Source: Spirochaetia bacterium
GTDB taxonomy: Bacteria; Spirochaetota; Spirochaetia; SP-2023
DNA length: 64,000 bases
Direction: 5' to 3'
Assembly: GCA_965263295.1 (NCBI GenBank)
Contig: OZ253665.1
Span: 1,248,001 to 1,312,000, forward strand
Positions 57,933 to 64,000 of the stretch are shown piece by piece. The notes beneath the pieces were generated by a model. The model was not told where the DNA came from. It did no database searches and was given only the letters and a program-made list of their open reading frames with translations. Each line of letters begins with the position of its first letter. Position 1 is the stretch's first letter. A program made the position numbers and the translations under genes.

Positions 57933-59162
57933 ATGTTACCGTTAAAAAATGACCCCGCCATTATGGGGCTCCTGTCTGTGATTATCGGGGCCGTTTTTGT
58001 TACCCATGCCAGCTCGCATCCCTTTTGGAAGAAGCTGTACAGCTTCTTCCCCAGCGTACTCCTGCTTTGGTTTCTGCCCTCCATTTTCCACAGCGCGGGC
58101 CTGATTGATACCTCGGAGTCGAGGTTGTATTTTTTTGCCAGTCGCTACCTGCTCCCTGCCGGGCTGATTCTGATGATTATCTCGGTCGACTTGAAGAAGT
58201 TCATAGGACTTGGTCCCAAAGCCTGTGCGATGTTTTTGACGGGCACTCTGAGTATCATGATTGGAGGTCCTCTCGCTATCCTGATCATTGATCAGATAGC
58301 CCCCAGTCTGGTTGACGGCGATGTCTGGCGCGGTTTGACAACCCTGGCGGGGTCCTGGATTGGAGGTGGAGCCAACCAGGCCGCAATGAAGGAAGTATTT
58401 GTGGTTGACGATAAACTATTTTCTGCCTTGGTTGCCGTTGACGTTATCTGCGCCGCGTTGTGGATGGCCATCCTGTTGATCGCGTCGGGCCAGGACGAAA
58501 AAATTAATGCCTGGCTAAAAGCCGACACAAGCGCCATTGAAAAACTAAAATTCACGGTCAGCCAGTACGAAAAAGAAAACGCCAGGCCAGTGACAACCAC
58601 GGACATGATGAAAATCATTGCCATTGCCTTCGCCCTGACGGGACTGGCCCATTTCTTCAGCGACATAATTGCGCCACAAATTGAAATGAGAGCGCCCGGA
58701 TTGGCCCGGTATTCCCTCACCAGCCGGTTCTTCTGGTTGATGGTGCTGGCCACCACCTTTGGCCTGATCGCATCGAGATATAAAGCAGTACGCAATTTGG
58801 AGAACGCGGGGGCTTCAAAAATCGGACAGGCGTTTATCTATATTCTAGTCGTGACCATTGGTATGAATATGGATATCCTCGCCATGAAGGACAGTCCGGG
58901 ATACTTCTTCATCGGTATTCTTTGGTTGGCGATTCATGCTGCGCTCATGATTTTAATGGCGAAAATTATTCGTGCGCCCTTGTTTTTCCTGGCTGTAGGC
59001 AGTGAAGCCAATGTCGGTGGGGCTGCGTCCGCACCGGTAGTCGCAGCGGCCTTTCATCCCACGTTGGTTCCGGTAGCCGTTATACTCGCAGTCTTGGGCT
59101 ACGTGCTGGGCACATATGGCGCTTACATTACGGGCCTGATCATGCAGGCCGCCGCCAGCTGA
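57933..59162 (+). CDS. DUF819-family membrane protein
   Basis: GSWIGGGANQAAM and GSEANVGGAASAPVVAAAF; SD AGAGGA. Confidence 0.9.
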   Translation: MLPLKNDPAIMGLLSVIIGAVFVTHASSHPFWKKLYSFFPSVLLLWFLPSIFHSAGLIDTSESRLYFFASRYLLPAGLILMIISVDLKKFIGLGPKACAMFLTGTLSIMIGGPLAILIIDQIAPSLVDGDVWRGLTTLAGSWIGGGANQAAMKEVFVVDDKLFSALVAVDVICAALWMAILLIASGQDEKINAWLKADTSAIEKLKFTVSQYEKENARPVTTTDMMKIIAIAFALTGLAHFFSDIIAPQIEMRAPGLARYSLTSRFFWLMVLATTFGLIASRYKAVRNLENAGASKIGQAFIYILVVTIGMNMDILAMKDSPGYFFIGILWLAIHAALMILMAKIIRAPLFFLAVGSEANVGGAASAPVVAAAFHPTLVPVAVILAVLGYVLGTYGAYITGLIMQAAAS

Positions 59163-59280
59163 AAACCCGGTGCGCAGAACAAAACCCGCAAAATAAATCT
59201 TTCCAAAATGACAATTGGAAGCGACTAGACAGGGGCTAAAAATCCATTCGCCCCTCTTGTTCCGCAGGAGTTGCATTGCC

Positions 59281-60498
59281 ATGTTTCACTTGTTGAAAAG
59301 CGACAGAAAGAATATCTTTGCGCGACTGCTCACCGCCTGGTTCATTTCCTCAATCGGCGACTGGCTCTACAAACTCGCTCTGCCGCTACTAGTCTTTGAG
59401 ATGACCGGATCGGCGGTCGACATGGCCGGCACTTTCGCCTTGACCTTTCTGCCTTTTCTGATCTTTTCGCTGGCCGGCGGGGTAATCGCCGACCGTTTCC
59501 AGCGCCGCCGCGTCCTGATCATTTGCGATCTGAGTGCCTTTGCCCTGCTCATAGCCCTGGCGCTGGCGGGCGACTGGCTCGCCTCCATGCCGCTGGTTTA
59601 TATTCTGGTTTTTCTGGTCGCCTCGGTCACGCCGATCCATCATCCGAGTTTCCAGGCCTTCATCCCTGAGATTATCGCTCATGACGATCTGCCGAAGGCC
59701 AATGCGCTGGTCAGCGCTTCGGACAACATCATTTCGATCGCCGCACCGATCCTGAGCGGTTTGATCGTCGCCGTGATCGGCCCGACGCAAACGATCATTC
59801 TCAACGCCCTGAGCTTCCTCGTCTCCGCCCTGCTCGTTGGCTCCATTCCCTTTAAGGTCAAAGAGAAAACAGACGCGGCGCGACGGAAAATCGCCGACAC
59901 CCTGCGCGAGGGCTTTGCCTATGCCTGGTCCCAGCCGGTGCTCAAATACGGCTCGCTTTTATTCGTCGGCAGCAATTTCGCCATCAATGTATTTCAGGCC
60001 AACTTGGTTTTTTATCTGGCCGACATTCTTCATGCCTCGCCGCCAATCATTGGCCTGGTCTTCACCCAGATCGGCATCGGCGCGCTGATCGGCTCCATCG
60101 CCGCGCCTTGGCTCATCAAGCGCTTTGAGTCCGGGCGCATCATCGTGATTTCGACGATTCTGGCCAGACTTTTCACCTTTCCCCTGCTGTGGGTTCGCAG
60201 CCCCACAATGGTCGGGGCGGTTTGGGCGCTGGAAACGGCCTTTGGCACTATCAACGCGGTCACATATTTTACCTTGAGACAACGCAGCGTGCCCAAGGAT
60301 ATACTGGGACGGGTGGTCGCCGTGACCCGCCTCGTTTCTTTTTCGAGCATCCCGCTGGCCTCGCTGATCGGCGGATTATTGCTGGCGCAAACCAATATCA
60401 CGGTCATCATTCTGGTTTGCGCCTGCGTGCGGCTGGCAACCGGCATGCTCGCCACGCTCTCGCCGTTGATGCGCTCTCCGTCCCGGCAGCCTGGTTAA
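59281..60498 (+). CDS. MFS transporter (DHA3/EntS-like)
   Basis: S.IGDW, GVIADRFQRRRVLI, NALSFLVSA and Q..VP...LGRV. ATG 59281 follows AGGAG. Confidence 0.9.
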   Translation: MFHLLKSDRKNIFARLLTAWFISSIGDWLYKLALPLLVFEMTGSAVDMAGTFALTFLPFLIFSLAGGVIADRFQRRRVLIICDLSAFALLIALALAGDWLASMPLVYILVFLVASVTPIHHPSFQAFIPEIIAHDDLPKANALVSASDNIISIAAPILSGLIVAVIGPTQTIILNALSFLVSALLVGSIPFKVKEKTDAARRKIADTLREGFAYAWSQPVLKYGSLLFVGSNFAINVFQANLVFYLADILHASPPIIGLVFTQIGIGALIGSIAAPWLIKRFESGRIIVISTILARLFTFPLLWVRSPTMVGAVWALETAFGTINAVTYFTLRQRSVPKDILGRVVAVTRLVSFSSIPLASLIGGLLLAQTNITVIILVCACVRLATGMLATLSPLMRSPSRQPG

Positions 60499-60560
60499 GA
60501 TAGGAGCTATAGGAGCTGTCGCATTTTAGCTCGCATAATAAATGCCATTCGCATTCAGGT

Positions 60561-63500
60561 CTATTGCAGGCTGCTGAGCAGCTTGTGCAGGGCGCCAGTT
60601 TTCTGCCGCAATGCCTGATTGTTATCGCTTTTTTGCATTTGCTCAGCTCGATCAATTTGAGCAACTGAATCAAGTGGCTCGCGCTGCAAGTAGTCGGCGT
60701 TGCGACTGGTTTTCTTCTTGCCGTTTTTTTTGCCGCCGCTGCCAGGCTGGCGCCTTGCGGCGGCTTCACGTTGTTGTGCCAGCGCCTCCTCTAGTTCCAA
60801 ATAAGCTCCCAGATCGAGCAACAAGGAGTCACTCTGTTTGGGATTAATGTGGAAAATCTTCGGATAGCGCTGAATTTGCCGCATGATCTTTTCCAGGGGC
60901 AAGGAGCGGGCCTTGGAAAATCGTAGCTCCACATGGTTCTGCCGCTCTTTCAAAAAGTTAATACCGAGCTGCCGGCAAGTAACGCGCAGCTCGGCCAGTG
61001 AGAGCAGTGAATGGACTTCATCGGGGGGGGGGCCAAAGCGATCAAACAGCTCTTCATAAAAATCACTTAGCATTTCGGTGCGATCAATTGAAGAAATTCG
61101 TTTATACAAGTCAATTTTCTCCGTGGCATCGGCAATGTAAAAATCGGGAATATAGCCACTGTAGTCCAGTTCCAGCGAGATTTCCTCGGCCAATTCAGGT
61201 TCTGCGGCTAGCGCCGCAGAACCTGAATTGGCCGGGCGGCGACTCGTTTCCCCGTTCTGCTGGTCGAACTGGTAGCGGCGCTCGCTCATGGCCTTGGCCA
61301 GCATACTGGTGTACATCTCAAAACCGACCGAAATAATATTGCCCGATTGTTCGGGCCCCAACAGATTGCCAGCGCCGCGCACTTCTAGGTCTTTCATGGC
61401 CACTTTAAAACCAGAGCCTAGCTCGGTAAAGTCCGAAATGATCTTTAGGCGCTTCAGGGCCAGGTCACTCAGGCCGCTGCGATCGGGGTAGAACAAATAA
61501 GCGTAGGCCAGCTGATCGGAGCGGCCGACGCGGCCGCGCAGCTGGTACAGCTGGCCAATGCCGTAACGGTCGGCGCGGTCAATAATAATGGTGTTGACGT
61601 TGGGGATGTCGATACCGTTCTCGATAATGCTCGTGGCCAGCAGTACGTTGAAACCTCCATGGACAAAGCGATACATGATATCTTCCAGCTCCTTGCTGTC
61701 CATCTGACCGTGGGCCATCTCAATTAGGGCTTCGGGCACCAGCTCGCGCAGGAAGAGCAAAATTTCCTCCAGACTTTCGACGCGGTTGTGCAGATAGAAA
61801 ACCTGACCACTCCGGCTCAATTCTTGGCGTATGGCGCTGGCAATGCTCTGGGGGTTGAATTCACGCACAAAAGTTTCCACTGGATGGCGGTTGCGCGGCG
61901 GCGTCGTCAACATGGAAATATCGCGAATTTGTACCAGCGACATGTGTAGAGTGCGCGGGATCGGCGTAGCCGACATCGACAGGCAATCCACGGAGGTTTT
62001 AAGCAGTTTTAATCGCTCTTTGTGCTTGACGCCAAAGCGTTGTTCCTCGTCAATGACAATCAGTCCCAAGTTCCGTAAGTGGATATCCTTGGCCAGGATG
62101 CGGTGGGTACCGATCAAGATATCCACTTCACCTTTTTCGAGCGAACTCATCACGGCCTGCTGTCGCTTGCGCTCGACAAAGCGCGAGAGCATGCCGATGC
62201 GCAGCGGGAAGCGGGCAAAGCGCTTGCAAAAGTTATGGTAATGCTGTTCGGCCAAGATGGTAGTCGGACAAAGGACCAGGACCTGGCGGCCATTGCTGGC
62301 CATTTTAAAACTGGCACGCATGGCGACTTCGGTCTTGCCAAAACCGACGTCGCCGCACAGAAGGCGATCCATTGGTTTGGGGTTTTGCAAATCACCCTTG
62401 ATTTCCGCGACGGCCCGCAGCTGATCTGCTGTCGGCTCGTACGGGAAATCAGCCTCAAATTCTTCCATCAAGTCGTCGTCTGGCGGGCAACAAAAACCGT
62501 CCGACGCCGCGCGGCGGGTATACAGGCGCAGCAGGCGGTCGGCCAAGTCCTCCACGGCTTTTTGAGTTTTGTCCTTGCGTTCCTGCCATGCTTTGCCGCC
62601 GATGCGGTCGAGGCGCAAGTTAGCGCTCCCACTGCCGATGTAGCGCTGCACCATATTGACTTGTTCAATGGGCACAAACAGAGTGTTGTCGTCCGAGTAC
62701 TCAATGGCCAGGTAGTCGCGCTCCACGCGCGAAGTGCCGATGCGCTCAATGCCCTTAAAACGGCCCACCCCGTGCTGCACATGGACCACCAAGTCACCTT
62801 CTTTGAGTTCGACAAAGGAACTGATGATTTCACTTTGGCTCAGGCGTTGAGCGATACGTTCTTCTTTGTCGCGACGTTTGCCCACGTTTGCAGCGCCTCG
62901 GCCGCTTCTGCCCGTGCCCAGGATTTGCCATTCCTGCAGCAAAGCCAGCTTTTGCCGGGGAAACAAGGCTCCCTGACTCAGTTCGCCGTCGAAGAACTGC
63001 AATCTCTCGCCATAATTAAGGATGAAATCTTTGAGTATATGCCGCAGGCGCTGGGCCTGGGCCGTCGAACTACAACCAATGGCCACCTGGTATCCCTGCT
63101 CCAGCCAACGGCCAAGGTCTTCACTGAAGCGATTTAGGTTACCTTGATATTGCAAGGTGGCTTCGATGTCCAGAGGCCAGGGTTGGCCCTCAAACTCGTC
63201 GGTGATGACAGCTGCGCGGCAACGCGATTGTATGCGCGCTAGATTGACCGCAAAGCGTTGTGGATGCATTAGCTTGCGCTGCACAATTTCGGGCAAAAGA
63301 TTCTCGTTCAAGCGTTTGCCCGTCACATTCTTTTCCGGCCGAAATGCTTGCAGGCTCTGCTGGTAAAGCGCTTCTAGTTCTTGCAGGAAGGCCGCTTCTT
63401 GTCGTTCAATGCGCTGATAGCCCCAAAACAAAACCAGCGTCTCGGCATGGCTGCCGCCGCGCATGTAGTCCAGCAGATTGGCGGGTTGATCCCAGACCAG

Positions 63501-64000
63501 AGGGAAGAGCAGTTCTTCGGTTCTGATTTCCTGTTGCCGGGCCAATTTATCCAGCAGCTCGTCGATTTCGCTTTGCTGCCTCCCCCATAGCTCGTCCCAG
63601 TTGTCGGGCATCTCGCTATAGCCGAGGTCCTCGGGCCGTGCTTCGAGCAGCAGTTGCTCCAGTTGCCTGCGCAGCTGTTTTTGCTCGGATTCTTGCCACA
63701 GTACTTCCCGCAAGGGAAATACGCTAAACTCAGGAATGCCGCGCCGTGAGATTTGGCTGCTGGTATCAAAAATTTTGAGCATTTCGATTTCATCAAAGCC
63801 GAACCTTACGCGCACGGCCTCATCCTGTCCCGGCGGCAAAAAGTCCAGAACTTCGCCGCGCAAGGCGTACTCGCCTGGCAGACTGACGCGTGGCACCTGG
63901 TAATAGCCGTAGCTGCTCAGCAGTTCAGCCAGCTGGGTCGGTTGCATGGCGCTGCCCGCTTGCAAGTGCAAGATACTTTGCGAGAAGATTTCTGGTGGAG
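60561..64000 (-). CDS. mfd: Transcription-repair coupling factor; 5' end lies outside the window
   Basis: VVHVQHGVG, GDVGFGKT, DEEQRFG, SATPIPRT, QLRGRVGR and DLEVRGAGNLLG. The frame is open to the window edge. Confidence 0.97.
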   Translation of the reverse strand, partial: PPEIFSQSILHLQAGSAMQPTQLAELLSSYGYYQVPRVSLPGEYALRGEVLDFLPPGQDEAVRVRFGFDEIEMLKIFDTSSQISRRGIPEFSVFPLREVLWQESEQKQLRRQLEQLLLEARPEDLGYSEMPDNWDELWGRQQSEIDELLDKLARQQEIRTEELLFPLVWDQPANLLDYMRGGSHAETLVLFWGYQRIERQEAAFLQELEALYQQSLQAFRPEKNVTGKRLNENLLPEIVQRKLMHPQRFAVNLARIQSRCRAAVITDEFEGQPWPLDIEATLQYQGNLNRFSEDLGRWLEQGYQVAIGCSSTAQAQRLRHILKDFILNYGERLQFFDGELSQGALFPRQKLALLQEWQILGTGRSGRGAANVGKRRDKEERIAQRLSQSEIISSFVELKEGDLVVHVQHGVGRFKGIERIGTSRVERDYLAIEYSDDNTLFVPIEQVNMVQRYIGSGSANLRLDRIGGKAWQERKDKTQKAVEDLADRLLRLYTRRAASDGFCCPPDDDLMEEFEADFPYEPTADQLRAVAEIKGDLQNPKPMDRLLCGDVGFGKTEVAMRASFKMASNGRQVLVLCPTTILAEQHYHNFCKRFARFPLRIGMLSRFVERKRQQAVMSSLEKGEVDILIGTHRILAKDIHLRNLGLIVIDEEQRFGVKHKERLKLLKTSVDCLSMSATPIPRTLHMSLVQIRDISMLTTPPRNRHPVETFVREFNPQSIASAIRQELSRSGQVFYLHNRVESLEEILLFLRELVPEALIEMAHGQMDSKELEDIMYRFVHGGFNVLLATSIIENGIDIPNVNTIIIDRADRYGIGQLYQLRGRVGRSDQLAYAYLFYPDRSGLSDLALKRLKIISDFTELGSGFKVAMKDLEVRGAGNLLGPEQSGNIISVGFEMYTSMLAKAMSERRYQFDQQNGETSRRPANSGSAALAAEPELAEEISLELDYSGYIPDFYIADATEKIDLYKRISSIDRTEMLSDFYEELFDRFGPPPDEVHSLLSLAELRVTCRQLGINFLKERQNHVELRFSKARSLPLEKIMRQIQRYPKIFHINPKQSDSLLLDLGAYLELEEALAQQREAAARRQPGSGGKKNGKKKTSRNADYLQREPLDSVAQIDRAEQMQKSDNNQALRQKTGALHKLLSSLQ

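Noticed and set aside
62079..63137. 352-aa plus-strand ORF
   Set aside because: It is the antisense shadow of mfd.

Overview
A 64-kb chromosomal segment that most likely comes from a spirochaete. This is inferred from the DUF5312-like, OmpA, VWA and lamin-tail lipoprotein families and from spirochaete-style lipoboxes. It carries housekeeping and repair genes (recD, an MTH1-like NUDIX, tag, ung, mfd, glnS, aroG, ansA) and a tRNA-Gln(CTG)/tRNA-Glu(CTC) pair behind a perfect sigma70 promoter. Metabolic and transport genes include an Orn/Lys/Arg decarboxylase, an oligopeptide ABC operon, an alphaproteobacterial-looking nadABC operon, an MFP-RND-TolC efflux operon and several glycosyltransferases. 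A mosaic accessory patch lies at about 54.5-60.5 kb. I found no CRISPR array, prophage, transposase or integrase. Best leads: (i) a Fur-box-preceded operon of an NitT/TauT-type ABC importer, two cupins and a DUF364 protein, of unknown substrate; (ii) four genes that look leaderless; (iii) a possible regulatory 5' leader on nadA; (iv) an ArsR-type operator over a metal permease coupled to an AT-rich orphan gene; (v) a frameshifted grpB; (vi) recurrent 9-15 bp tandem duplications and long insertions in conserved proteins. All family calls come from motif recognition by eye; no database searches were run.
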